Part shown: piece by piece, positions 30,485 to 43,300 of the stretch
Position numbering within the stretch: the first letter of the stretch is position 1
Layout: every line of letters starts with the position of its first letter
Assembly (NCBI GenBank): GCA_951406725.2
Contig: OX597816.1
Location: 169,446,001-169,510,000 of the forward strand
From: Octopus vulgaris
Lineage: Eukaryota
Reading direction: 5' to 3'
DNA length: 64,000 bases
Notes under the pieces: generated by a model
What the model saw: the letters and a program-made list of their open reading frames with translations, nothing else
Database searches by the model: none
Told to the model about the DNA's origin: nothing
Translations under genes and position numbers: made by a program

Positions 30485-30564
30485 AAAAATATATCTCAAT
30501 CCCTTCTTAGCGCTTTTAATCCTTGTATTACTGCAACCGGGCTACCGAAAAGCGCCACCACTAT

Positions 30565-30725
30565 TTTTGTTCACTTTCAAGCTCTCCTTTCTCTTTTCGG
30601 GCTAACACAGAGATTTCCTTCGAGAGCATGTCTAACCCTGCCTGGATTCTTCTTTTCCAATATGGATCTTTTCTTTTGTCACTCCCATTATGTTTCTTTT
30701 ACAGGACATCAACAGCCACGTTTTC
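30565..30725 (-). pseudogene. Short R4/Dong fragment
   Basis: Its reverse complement matches about 36870-37030 (ATGGGAGTGACAAAAGAAAA...AAGAAGAATCCAGGC.GGTTAGACATGC). Confidence 0.7.
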
Positions 30726-30984
30726 TGATTTTGATTGGTTTGCTTTAAGAGAAAGTCAGTCTCTTAGGTAGTTCGGAGTCACTTCTCTTTTCGGTATTTC
30801 ATGCTTATGAGAATATAACCATTTCGAAATGCATGCATCGATGTATTCGGAAGAGGTCGCTTCAAATTGCCCCTTTTGTCTATAGACTACATCGAAAATA
30901 TTTAGCCATGACAAACTGAAATGAATTGCTTTCTTACGGGTTTAAATATCTCTGAAACATATTTGAACTGCTAACTAGCATATA

Positions 30985-31049
<65 letters not shown>

Positions 31050-31053
<4 letters not shown>

Positions 31054-32519
31054 CGGGAAGCTTTATGAAAATAAACAAAAGACGAAGGCAGGTGGAAAAC
31101 AAACGAACAATTGTATTAGTATGGCGCTCAGGAAATATAAATAAAACAAGTCTTTAACGTTTCGAGCCTACGCTCTTCAACAGAAAGATACACAGAGACA
31201 AAAAAAACACAGAAAGAAGGAGAGAAAAAAAATGCGTGCAGTAGCTAACGAATCAACATGGCGATCTGATTTCGGCCAGAGGTCAAAGATCAAACATGAG
31301 ACGCGAGAGCGAAATAAGGGGAGATAATAGGGTTGATAATAGGGTTGAGGGACCAGCTAATAGTGCGTAGGAGGGGTCTGGATGTGTGTATGTATAGGGT
31401 TGGTGTATGTATTAGTATGTATAAGGGTGTGTGTGTGTGTGTGTGTGAGTGTATGAGAGAGTATTAGTGCGTCGGATTGGTCTGGACGTGCGTATGTATG
31501 GGGTTGGTGTATGTATTAGTATGTATTAGTACGTATTAGTATGTATAAGTGTGTGTGTGTGTGTGTATGAGAGAGTATAAGTGCGTATGCGGGGTCTGGA
31601 CGTGTGTATGTATAGGGTTGGTGTATGTATTAGTATGTACTAATATGTATTAGTACGTATTAGTATGTATTAGTTGGTGTATGTATTAGTATGGCACATC
31701 ATATGTGATGTGATGTGTAAAGTCATGTGGTGTAGTGAGGAGAAGAGGGGGAGGGGGAGAAGGGGAGGGGAAGAAGAGGGGGAGGAGAAGGGGAAGAGGA
31801 GAGGATGGGGGAGAAGGAAGGGGAGGAGGGGGATGAAGAAGGAAAGAGGGAGAGGGGGAGAGAGAAGGGGAGTGAGGGGGAGAGGGAAGGGGAAGAGGGA
31901 GGGAGAAAGAGGGAAGAAGGGAAGGGGAGTAGGGGTGAAAGGATGAAGGACTGAAGAAGTAGGGGTCGGGGGAAAGGATAGGTGAGGAGGGGGAGAGGGG
32001 GTTAGATGAGGAGGGGGGAGAGTTGAGACCAAATGGCGTATAAGAGCGAAGAGAGAAGATTAATTCCTGTTCACGGCACAAACGGGAATCCGGATGGCCT
32101 CTGTGTAAGGACAAACCGAACACAGATAGGTGTTGCAAGGAGTGACCGGTGGAGCGGAAATGGCGTGAGACCGGTGTGTCGTTCGCAAGGTGGATGTCAC
32201 GAAGGTGTTCCGCGAACCGGTCAGCCAAGCGGCGTCCCGTTTGTCCGATGTACAAGGAATTGCAGAGAGAGCAAGAGATGCAATAGATAATATTGCTGGA
32301 GGTGCAGGTGAAGGAGTGGATGATGGGATAGGGTCGATGGTGGGTGCTAGTGAGGCGGGTGGTGTTGGAGAGGTAAGGGCAAGTGCGGCAACGTGGGCGG
32401 GAGCAGGGGAACGAGCCGGGTTGGGAGGTAGGGTCAGGGAAGGAGCTATGGACCAAAAGGTCTCGAAGGTTGTGGGCTCGTTTGAAAGAGGGAAGGGGTC
32501 GGTTAGGGAAGAGGTGTGG

Positions 32520-32520
<1 letters not shown>
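31050..32520 (-). mobile_element. Penelope-like element 3' part: GIY-YIG endonuclease, low-complexity UTR, hammerhead-like motif
   Basis: CSRPRCRTCPYL...FTCTSSNIIYCISCSLCNSLYIGQTGRRLADRFAEH...VSRHF...EQELIFSLRSYTPFGLN (about 32020-32520). Downstream CTGTTGAAGAGCGTAGGCTCGAAACGTT at 31151-31190. Confidence 0.9.
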
Positions 32521-32561
<41 letters not shown>

Positions 32562-32564
<3 letters not shown>

Positions 32565-32911
32565 TTGTGTGGTAAATAGCTTGTTTACCAGCCACATGGT
32601 TCTGGGTTCAGTCCCACTGCGTGGCACCTTGGACAAGTCTCTTCTACTATAGCCTCAGGCCAACCAAAGCCTTATATGTATATATATATATGCGTGTGTG
32701 TGTTTGTGTGTGTGTGTTTGTCCCCCTAGCATTGCTTGACAACCGATGCTGGTGTGTTTATGTCCCCGTTACTTAGCGGTTCGGCAAAAGAGACCGATAT
32801 AATAAGTACTGGGCTCACAAAAGAATAAGTCCCGGGGTCGAGTTGCTCGATTAAAGGCGGTGCTCCAGCATGGCCGCAGTCAAATGACTGAAACAAGTAA
32901 AAAGAGAGAGT
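32562..32911 (+). mobile_element. SINE family A (internal deletion)
   Basis: Family A head and tail are present. Confidence 0.82.
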
Positions 32912-33414
32912 ATATATATATAAATTAGTATACATTCATACACAAAACAGGTGACCCTAACAGTTCACCTTACATGATAAAAGGAACAGTCAAAGTCCAA
33001 ACCACGGTTAAGAGTAATTTCGAAGGGGATGAAAAAATAAAAACATTTTCAATAGTTACCATTGTACCTTGATTTCGAACATTAATGAAGAAATAAGATA
33101 ATCTGTTTTCCGTGTTCTTCATCAGCAAGGGTGCTAATAATTAACATGTAATTATGGGACAAATAGAGAGCACTTGTCTCATTTTTATGCATTATAATTT
33201 TTCAAATCCACTGCGCAAGCGCAGTTATAGTCGGCAGCAGATAAAAATTTATGTGCCGACTTTCTTCAAAATTACTAAAATCATATTAAGAAAATATATA
33301 CAGGGTAAACATATTATTCATATAAAATTAGTGTACATTCATACACAAAAGAGGTGACCCTAACAGGACAACTTACATGCTAATTTCTGGATATATTTTA
33401 TATATATATTTTCT

Positions 33415-33465
<51 letters not shown>

Positions 33466-33615
33466 GTGAAATAGAAAGATGAATAATCTTGTAGTAGATT
33501 AATCAAAAGTTTAACCGATACCTTGGTAGCAAAAATCACAGCAGTAAACAGCACGGTTGGAGGTACAACCATATGGTGTTGCAACCGTGCGTTGGTGCGG
33601 ATAATTGAAATTAAA

Positions 33616-34077
33616 ATATTATTGGTGAATTGAAGAAATGGAGCTGAACGCAGATTGAACAGAAATCGTTTTATTTCATTCTACACGTGTTTCGAAAGGC
33701 ACAATTTACCAAAATCCGATTGAATAATGGGACCATATTGTGTCTTTCTCTTCAGGAAGAAATAGGAAATCCGTTGGAAAAAACAAAAACAGAACAGAGG
33801 CGGAGCAAAACAAATCGAACTAGGCTCCTAAGAGCCCATGGCGAGTTTCGCCATGGGCTCTTAGGAGCTAGTTGCTCCGCCTCTGTTCTGTTTTTTGTTT
33901 TGTTTTTGTTTTGTTTTGTTTTTTCCAACGGATTTCCTATTTCTTCCTGAAGAGAAAGACACAATATGGTCCCATTATTCAATCGGATTTTGGTAAATTG
34001 TGCCTTTCGAAACACGTGTAGAATGAAATAAAACGATTTCTGTTCAATCTGCGTTCAGCTCCATTTCTTCAATTCAC

Positions 34078-34086
<9 letters not shown>
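33616..34086. mobile_element. Palindromic element (~230-bp arms, 3-nt loop) with a hammerhead ribozyme on each strand; Penelope pLTR-like
   Basis: Centre GCTCCTAAGAGCCCATGGCGA-GTT-TCGCCATGGGCTCTTAGGAGC. The ORF track shows an identical N-terminal translation on both strands. The right arm runs into (TA)n. Confidence 0.88.
33939..34029 (+). ncRNA. Type I hammerhead ribozyme (mirror copy on the - strand at about 33673-33763)
   Basis: ATTTCTTC-CTGAAGA (33947-33953), stem II GAAAGACACAAT/ATTGTGCCTTTC, GAAA (34009-34012), CACGTG, TA, GAATGAAAT. Palindromic stem III ACACGTGT; predicted GUA cleavage after 34020. Confidence 0.78.
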
Positions 34087-34154
<68 letters not shown>

Positions 34155-34273
34155 ACAGTCTTCTTTCAGTTTAAACCCTCCTTCTTCCCTTCCTTCCTGA
34201 GCGTCAAATAATACTATATTTGTTCCACATCCTCGCGTTGTTGTGTTTTCTCTTTGTGTTTTCATGTTTGGAT

Positions 34274-34318
<45 letters not shown>

Positions 34319-35292
34319 ATAATAATGCAATACAAATGTATTACATTCCAGTAAAGGATAGCCCCATAAGGGTAAAATATTGGTGCCTTGGTGTACCATT
34401 TATCTACTTTATATATATATAATTCTCTACAGAGAAACCTATATATAACTGTGCCTGTATCTCTTATACAAAAAATTAATATTACAGCATCATTTACTAA
34501 AGAAATTCTCTAAATCGATCATCGGACCTTATAGTATTGGAAAACATGAGATCGTCGTCACTGTTTCATTTCCAGGCTACGCTTGCATAGAAAGTAACTT
34601 CCTTTAAATGGCTCTCTGTTAGAAACAACAACAACATCATTTTGCGTTCTAAGTTCAAATTCCACTAAGCCCAGGGTCTGTTTTATACTGGAAGGGTCAG
34701 TCAAATATGTACCATTCATTATCAGTAAACTAGTAAGAAACACTCTATGCTTCGTTGCATATTTTTTCTCTCTAAACTACAATCTCTACTTTGTTTCATA
34801 TTTTCCTTGTTTTACATAGGTCTGTTGGTTTTAACTGCTTTATTAGTTGTATTAAGGGTATTTTTAAAATAACGGTTGTGGTCGAATGATATTTTATATT
34901 TTATCATTCATTGAGAAATAGATATATTGCCCCAAGCAATATCTTCTTTTCACATAAATGATTTCTTTAAATAACTTCAATCATACGAGATGACTTTGTA
35001 TTTTTTTTTGCTTGTGTAATTTATCGCAACCATTTGTCTTTTTATGACTCCTCATTTTTTATTGAAGCTCGACTGATTTTTCTTCAACATAACACTTTCA
35101 GAATGTAATCTCGAGAAATGTTTTTATGGCTCTAAATTCGCCATACGCAGAGAAGTTATATCATCCAAGAAATAAGAAAATGGAATCAAATATTACCTCT
35201 TAGTCATGTTATGTCACTCTGACTCTGACAACTGTATTCTAGTCAAAAGGACACGTCCAATGTTGTATATGTATGTATATGTCGTATATGTA

Positions 35293-36110
35293 CAGTCCCG
35301 CCAGAGGAAGAAAATTTTCTTTAATATAGAAAAAAACACTTTATTGTATTAAAATGAATGCATCAAGTAAAAAATTAGTAATAAATAAGAAATAAATGGT
35401 AATTAATATTTAATATAAAAACTGTCCACTTTTAGACGTACTTATATTCTCATTGGCATGGATTCCACAAGCTTCTGGCAATATTCTGGTGTTATTTTAG
35501 TCACCCAATATTTCTTTAACTCGTCCACCAATATTGATTATCTGACGGCTGCTTTTGTTGAAGCTTTTTCTTAAGGTGACTTCAACAGTTTTCAATGCCA
35601 TTTAAATCGGGAGAGTTTCTTGGTCATCGTTGCTCTTCAGACTATTCTTTAACCATCATTACTGGAGTACCATCTTGCTGCATGATTGAGCAATTTCTAG
35701 TCTTGGCACTTATTCCTTTAAAATTTCTAGATAATCTTTTGCTTTCAATGTTGCTCCACTAAGCACCTCTGCCCTGGGCTGAAAAAGCCAAAATCATAAC
35801 TGCAGCTGCAAAACGAACTGTTTTTCATGTATACCTTTCATCCAAGCGCTCACCTTTTGATCTTCTTACTTGAGGTTGATAACCATGGTATTGAGGAATC
35901 AATATCTCCCCAGTAAGCATTTGATCCACTCAATTGGTGTCCAATGCTCAAATCTTTTGCAAATTTTTTATTCGATCTTGGAAATTATTTTTGCTCAACC
36001 GAAATTTCGTTGCTGGTTTGTGTGCTCTGAGCTTAAAATATTTTGCCAAACGACATTTAAGCGTTGATAAACTTTCATCATTTTTCTTATTTGTTGGTAA
36101 TTGTACATGC
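35293..36110 (-). pseudogene. Tc1-like transposase remnant
   Basis: Minus-strand motifs MQQDG.P, PRNSPDLNGIEN and EYCQKLVESMPMRI; TA|CAGT terminus at 35293. Confidence 0.75.
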
Positions 36111-36401
36111 ATCTCACTTGCAAGGAGGAAGTGATTTGCTCTCACGTAGCGGCGAAGAAAACGATCAGTTTGGCCTTCCTGGGTGAGAAATATATCAGAG
36201 TATATGTTATATGCTTTGTAACACCTCTTATTTCTAGCAATGTATGTGTTATTCCCACATTGAACAGGAGAAAGGATAATACAGTTCTATATTTAAGTGA
36301 TGAGGAAATATTTACATTATTTACATTTGACGGATATTTGTCCTCATCTTGCTTGTTGTGAACACAACGTTTCGGCTGATATACCCTCCAGCCTTCATCG
36401 G

Positions 36402-36480
36402 GCATATTGGCGTAGTGGTTAAGAGCACGGGCTACTAACCCCAAAATTCCTAGTTCGATTCCAGGCAGTGACCTGAATAA
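36402..36480 (+). mobile_element. Short tRNA-like SINE or tRNA pseudogene with (TAA)n tail
   Basis: A box TGGCGTAGTGG and B box AGTTCGATTCC, followed by (TAA)n(GAA)n. Confidence 0.6.
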
Positions 36481-36488
36481 TAGTAATG

Positions 36489-36589
<101 letters not shown>

Positions 36590-36649
36590 AAGAAGAAGAA
36601 GAAGAAGAAGAAGAAGAAGAAGAAGAAGAATAGAACAATAAGACAATAA

Positions 36650-38385
36650 AACTAATGGCGACATGACAGATGAACAAAAGGCAATCTACGACAGAAAGGC
36701 AAGACTACAGGAGAACGATAGCGACATTATTTGCAAACTTTAAAAGGTTGATTGATGGAAATTGAACCAAGAATCGAAAAATGTCAATGAAATTCTGAAA
36801 TACATCAGAACAAACAACATCAGAGGAACAAATAATTTGATCAAGGCAGCAAGTATTGTTGTAGCAGAAAATGTGGGTGTTGATGTCTTGATGTCAAGAA
36901 AAAGAAACGTAATGGGAGTGACAAAAGAAAATATCTATGGTGAAAAGAAGAATCCAGGCGGGTTAGACATGCGCACGGAGGAAATTTCTGTGTTAGACCG
37001 AAAAGAGAGAGGGGAGCTTAAAAGTAAACTAAAATACAGGGCGCTGAAAAGGAAGTATGATATTGAAAGAAAGGACCTGAAATGGGTAATGGAGGAACTG
37101 AAACTGCGCCTCGTTGCAAAGATGGTAAGATGCGACCAAAGAATGAAGGGTTACCACCAGAATAGGTTATTTAGAGTAGATCAGAAGAGATTCTCTAAAG
37201 AAATAAATGGAGAGTGTACGGATGAAAAGTTGATACCAGATAACATTGAAAGTCAAAGGTTTTGGAGTGACATCTGGAGCAAAGACAGGGAGCACAAGAA
37301 GGATGCTAAATGGTTGCAAGAACTGAAACAAACAGTAGTCATTCCAAAACAGGCAGAACTAGTTATTTCAGTTAGGGAAGTGAAGGAAATCAGCAAAAAA
37401 TTGAGCAACTTCAATTCCATCTGGCCCCGGGACCAGATGGAATTCAAGGGTACTGGATCAAAAGATTTGGTGAGTATCATGCACGAACAGCTGAGCAACT
37501 CAACACCTTGTTAAATGCCGACCAAGGAACACCAGAGTGGTTGACATTGGGTAGGACAGTGCTGTGCCTGAAAAACATCGAAGAAGGCATTACGGTAGAC
37601 AATTACTGGCCGATATCCTGTTTGCCACTTCTGTGGAAGTTATTGACTGGAATACTCACAGAGTCAATGTACTAGCATCTGGAAAAAAATGGAGTCCTAC
37701 CACAAGGGTTGCAAGCATAAGTGCAGAGGTACCAAGGATCAACTCCTGATAGACAGAACTGTACTTAGACACTGCAATAGGAGGAAACGTAACTTATCCA
37801 TGTCATGGATCGACTACTGTAAGGCATACGATATGATCCCACATTCTTGGGTTATGGAGTGTATGAACCTATTTAGTATTGCATCGAATGTTGAGCAATT
37901 GCTTGGCAAAAGTATGGCGAATTGGAAGATGACCTGATAGCATGCGGAAGAAGTTTAGGGACAGTAGAAATTAGGAGGGGCATCTTCCAAGGGGACTGCT
38001 TGTCCCCACTGATATTTGTACTGTGCTTGATACCACTAACACTGATTCTGAGGAAAGCAAAAGCTGGGTATATATTCAAGATCCGCCAACATAATGTCAA
38101 CCATTTGTTATTCATGGACGACCTCAAACTTTATGGTAAAGATGAAACCCAAGTCAGTTCCCTCGTTGATACGGTGTATACCTTCAGTGCTGATATCAGA
38201 ATGGAATTTGGACTGAGAAAGTGTGGTGTGTTAGTCTTGAAGAGAGGCAAAATCAAATGTATGGACCGGCTAACGATACCGTTGGGGGAGGTTATGAAAC
38301 AGATAGAAGAGACAGGCTATAAGTACTTGGGGATTTTGGAAATGGAGAAATTGATGGAGAAAGAAATGACAGGAAAATTGAGCGG
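36650..38385 (+). pseudogene. R4/Dong-type LINE reverse transcriptase fragment
   Basis: [70 protein letters not shown] and YKYLGI, with frameshifts. Follows a (TAA)n(GAA)n tract. Confidence 0.92.
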
Positions 38386-38389
38386 TTAC

Positions 38390-39177
38390 ACTCTTTAGAT
38401 ATGCATGCGTACTAAATTTTAACGCTGTTTACAGCAGTGCTTGGAAGAAAGATGTGTAGCGTGTGATCGTCGCATTGACTCTGACAAAGAATGTTGTCAT
38501 GGCGACACCTGCTCAGGGGCCTATGAAAGTTGTAGAAAATGTATGGAGAGAAGTGAATGAGCCACACACAAGTGTATGAGAGGTTCAGTTGTTTTAAAGA
38601 TTGCCGAAGAAATGTCGATAGTAACGAACGTTCTGGGAGACACGCAACCAGCAAAACTGAGTAAAACATCGCAGATGTTCGTGCAGCTGTGAGAGGAGAT
38701 CGTCAAATCACCATCCGTGAATTATCAGAGGGGGACGTGCAGATTAGTTACGGTTCAGTTCAGTCCATTATCAGTGTTGATTTGGGCACGAGATGCGTTG
38801 TCTGCCAAGTTTGTGCCAAAACTGCTTTCAGCTGACCAAAAAGAAACTCGGGTTTAGGTTGCACAAGATCTCTTTGATTGTGTCGAGACCCATGAACAAT
38901 TTTGAAAACTTTGCGTAGGCTTCTGAGTAGGTATCGTCAAGCTTGTGGATAAATTTGATGCAGATTCTCTGCTCAACTTTCTCTGTCATGGCCAATGCGA
39001 CGATTGCACGCTACACACGTTACTCCCAAGTACAGCTGTAAACAGCGAAAGTTAGCTAGAATGTTAAAACTTAGTGCGCATGCACAACAGAGATCAATGC
39101 CAATTTGTGCGAACCCGCATAACTCTGCATGCTTCGTTACTCTGCCAACAGTCCGGATACTTTTTGATCAGACTACG
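38390..39177 (+). mobile_element. Internally deleted mariner element with long inverted ends
   Basis: HTH-like YGEK*MSHTQVYERFSCFKD...ERSGR, DRQITIREL and AKFVPKLLSADQK. The right end is CCGGATACTTTTTGATCAGACTACG|TA, and 38400-38490 is inverted relative to about 38980-39085. Confidence 0.8.
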
Positions 39178-39525
39178 TATAATATGAATGTATATATGTA
39201 TGCATGTACATGCACACAACACACACATGCGCACGCACACATACACACACACACACGCGCGCGCGCGCACACACACACACACGCATACTTTATTATTATT
39301 AGAGCTGCAAAAACACCACAAGAATATCACGAAAAACTGTTACCCAGAGTTTCAAGCTCCCGTTTAAACTGTCCAATGAACGGAACCTTGAAACTCTGAG
39401 TAGCAGTTTTTGCGATATTTTTGTGATGTTTTTTCAGCTTTAATAATAATAAAGCTTATTACCCTACCTCCCGTATTCAAGTACTACTTTTTCCAACCTT
39501 GTTTCACATTTATGAGCTTACTTTG

Positions 39526-39594
<69 letters not shown>

Positions 39595-39603
39595 CATACA
39601 TAT

Positions 39604-39642
<39 letters not shown>

Positions 39643-39668
39643 CATACATACATACATACATACATACA

Positions 39669-39702
<34 letters not shown>

Positions 39703-39779
39703 ATAATAATATTAGGGAATAAATCCAAACTTACAGGGATAAATTAGATTTAGGATTAAATCCAATTTTATAGTCTAAA

Positions 39780-40292
39780 TCTATATATATAAAACTGTAG
39801 TTGTGTGAGTGTCTGTCCCCTTCGATTTAGATTCCTAACTACTCCCACATTTTGCGGTGCAGTTTAACCAAATTCGGGTATCTTATAGTCGTGATTAATA
39901 TCGAGCCCGTCTGAGTATTAGCGCGCGTCTACGATGAGTGTACGATTTTAAAAATAATTTAACATCATTTTTTATTCCATTTTAATGCATAATTTTTCGT
40001 CTGTCGATGGCGGCGGAGTTGGCGTCCATGGTCACACCTGCACCTGTTTGCTTCTCCCCCTTCTTCCCTCCCTCGTGAAGCTGTGGGGAAGGGAGTGTAA
40101 GGAAATCAACGTCGTAAAGCGTTGTCAAGGAGACCAGCGTTCTTTTAGAACAACGACTTCATGGCTTGAAGACACCAAAACAGAAATGGCTAAGAAAGCC
40201 CGAATTGGCATCTATAAGGGAAGTAACTCTCTAAAAATGCTTATATAGTTATTTCCCTTACAAACCCGAGCAACGCCGGGCGATACTGCTAG
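39780..40292 (+). mobile_element. Non-autonomous Helitron-like element (copy 2, long variant)
   Basis: A|TCTATATATATAAAA...CCCGAGCAACGCCGGG-CGATACTG-CTAG|T, with no TSD. Confidence 0.85.
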
Positions 40293-40465
40293 TTATTATT
40301 ATATTTTTTTGTTTAGAAATTAACTGGCCATAACGGTTTTCTACTTCCAGTTTGAAGAAAGGTTACATACCTGGAGCCATTGGAGGAATCCGACAAGTCG
40401 TCTATGTAGCTATGGATACGAAATCATCGGTCACTCTATGACATAACATATATTAGCTTCATATA

Positions 40466-40865
40466 TCTTTATATATAAAAGAGAGGTTGTGTGCTGTCTG
40501 TCTCCTACAATTTAGATTCCTAACTACTCCCACATTTTGCGGTGCAGTTTAACCAAAACCGCGTATCTTATAGTCGTGATTCATATCGAGCCCTTCTGGC
40601 TATTAGCGCGCGTCTACGATGAGTCTACGATTTTAAAAAAATTTACCATAATTTTTTCCCCATTTTAATGCATTTTTTTCGCTATTAAAAAAAAAGGAAA
40701 GTAACTTTCTAAAAATGTCTACGATGAGTCAACGATTTAAAAAAAATTTACCATCATTTGTTTTCTATTTTTAATGCATTTTTTGCTATTTTTTGGCTAT
40801 AACTCTAAAAATGCTTTATAGTTATTTCCCTTACAAACCCGAGCAACGCCGGGCGATACTGCTAG
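40466..40865 (+). mobile_element. Non-autonomous Helitron-like element (copy 3)
   Basis: A|TC start, 3' hairpin and CTAG|T end. Confidence 0.85.
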
Positions 40866-41091
40866 TATATTATATTATATTATATTAAATTAGAGATAAA
40901 ACCACTATTAGACAAATCAAACAGTGAAAAAGATAAGCCAATACATAAATTAATTTAAAAATATAATATTCCAATACCGTCTAGGAAAGAATATATTTTA
41001 TTTTTAAATTAATTTATGTTTGGCTTATGTTTTTCACTGTTTGATTTGTTTAATAGTGGTTTTATCTCTAATTTAATATAATATATGTATA

Positions 41092-41173
<82 letters not shown>

Positions 41174-41307
41174 CATATATAGGTACATACATACATATAT
41201 ATACATACATATATAGTATATATATATAAATATATATATAAATATATTATATATATATATATATATGTATATGTATATATGTATATATATATATATATGT
41301 ATATGTA

Positions 41308-41358
<51 letters not shown>

Positions 41359-41463
41359 ATATATATATATACATATATATACATATATATATATATATTT
41401 ACATATATATACATATATATATATGTATGTATGTATGTACCTATATATGTATGTATATATGTA

Positions 41464-41553
<90 letters not shown>

Positions 41554-42541
41554 TATACATATATATATATTTTGAAAAACAGTATGATATATATCTATAC
41601 AACCCATTTTCTTTCTGGTCGTGTTCACCAATTTGTGGTAAAGTGATTATTCGGGCCGTACACCGAGCAAACACATTTCTTAATTCCATTACGTAGCCAA
41701 TTTCGAGAGAGGGAGAGAGAGAAACAATGAAAGTGAGTGTTTGTGTGAGAGAAAGAGAGAGAGAGAGATGTGGGGGAATGGGCGAATATGCTGAAATACT
41801 CGATTGGTCATTTCTATTTACTGACACTGATCCGCTGAAGAAATGAAAGGTGAAGTTGACCTCGGTATGGTTCGAATTCAGTGCGTTGAGCCCTAAGCTA
41901 ATATGGTAAAATATTGCATCTGTATGACGATTGCCTATCTGCTATCTTATAGTTATTGATGAATGTCATATGATATTTGATGTATGCAGATTCATACTCA
42001 GTATATTGAGAACAACAATAAACACATTGATTAGCAACGTACGAACAGGACGAAAACAAATCGCTCATTCTTGATGAGATTTTCAGTTCCTGATTAAAGC
42101 AGAAATATTGGATACGTTAGTTTTGATTGTCATTGTTAACTTTCGTCATTTCCCTACATCCGTCGTATGAACAATGCTGCTAGTAAATCAAAAGTTCTTA
42201 CTTCAATATGGAGATTATTTTCTCCTACATCACGATCTGGTAAGATTAAAATACAGCTAGATCGCTGGTTCATATGCCTTACAGGAAAACTTCGTTGATA
42301 TTAATTCGTGAAACCGATCCATCAAAGAAATATCATCAAAGTAATTTGGTTACCAAACTGATCTGTGTTTTTATACCTTGGTTAACATTGCTTAAAGCCT
42401 GCTGATGAATATTTCCTAACCATTAGCTTAGATATTCAATTTTGGTGGATTTCAAAAAATACAAGATGTTTGTATGTAACCATCTATTGTTGCCCACTGA
42501 CCTAACTAGTCAGAGATTTATCTATATATGCGCGCATTATT

Positions 42542-42628
<87 letters not shown>

Positions 42629-42913
42629 GTCTGTCTGTCTGTCTGTCTGTCTATTTGTCTGTCTGTCTATTTGTCTGTCTGTCAGTCTATCTTCTTGCCT
42701 GTCTGTCTGCCTGACCGTGCCTGTCTGCCTGTGCCTTTCTGCTTATCTCTATATGCATACACGAAGCAAGTTGGGAAACAGGTTACCAGTCCATGGTACT
42801 ATTTTCCTGTGTTTTTTAAACTCTGTTCTATATGATAAAGAATAATTTCGCATCTCTGAATAGCCATACATATTAAGTATTTATGAATCACTTGATGATT
42901 ATATATATTAGGT

Positions 42914-43300
42914 GGAGGCGCAATGGCCCAGTGGTTAGGGCAGCGGACTCGTGGTCATAGGATCGCGGTTTCGATTCCCAGACCGGGTGTTGTGAGTGTT
43001 TATTGAGCGAAAACACCTAAAAGCTCCACGAGGCTCCGGCAGGGATGGTGGAGATCCCTGCTGTACTCTTTCACCACAACTTTCTCTCACTCTTACTTCC
43101 TGTTTCTGTTGTACCTGTATTTCAAAGGGCCGGCCTTGTCACTCTCTGTGTCTCGCTGAATATCCCCGAGAACTACGTTAAGGGTGCACGTGTCTGTGGA
43201 GTGCTCAGCCACTTACACGTTAATTTCACGAGCAGGCTGTTCCGTTGATTCGGATCAACCGGAACTCTCATCGTCGTAACCGACGGAGTGCTTCCATCCA
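42914..43300 (+). mobile_element. SINE family C
   Basis: Matches 4133-4515; flanking direct repeat ATATATATTAG. Confidence 0.88.

Noticed and set aside
31686-32636. 316-aa ORF as an intact gene
   Set aside because: It is chimeric: the start comes from a SINE and (CA)n, the middle is Penelope GIY-YIG, and the end is low-complexity UTR. There is no RT.
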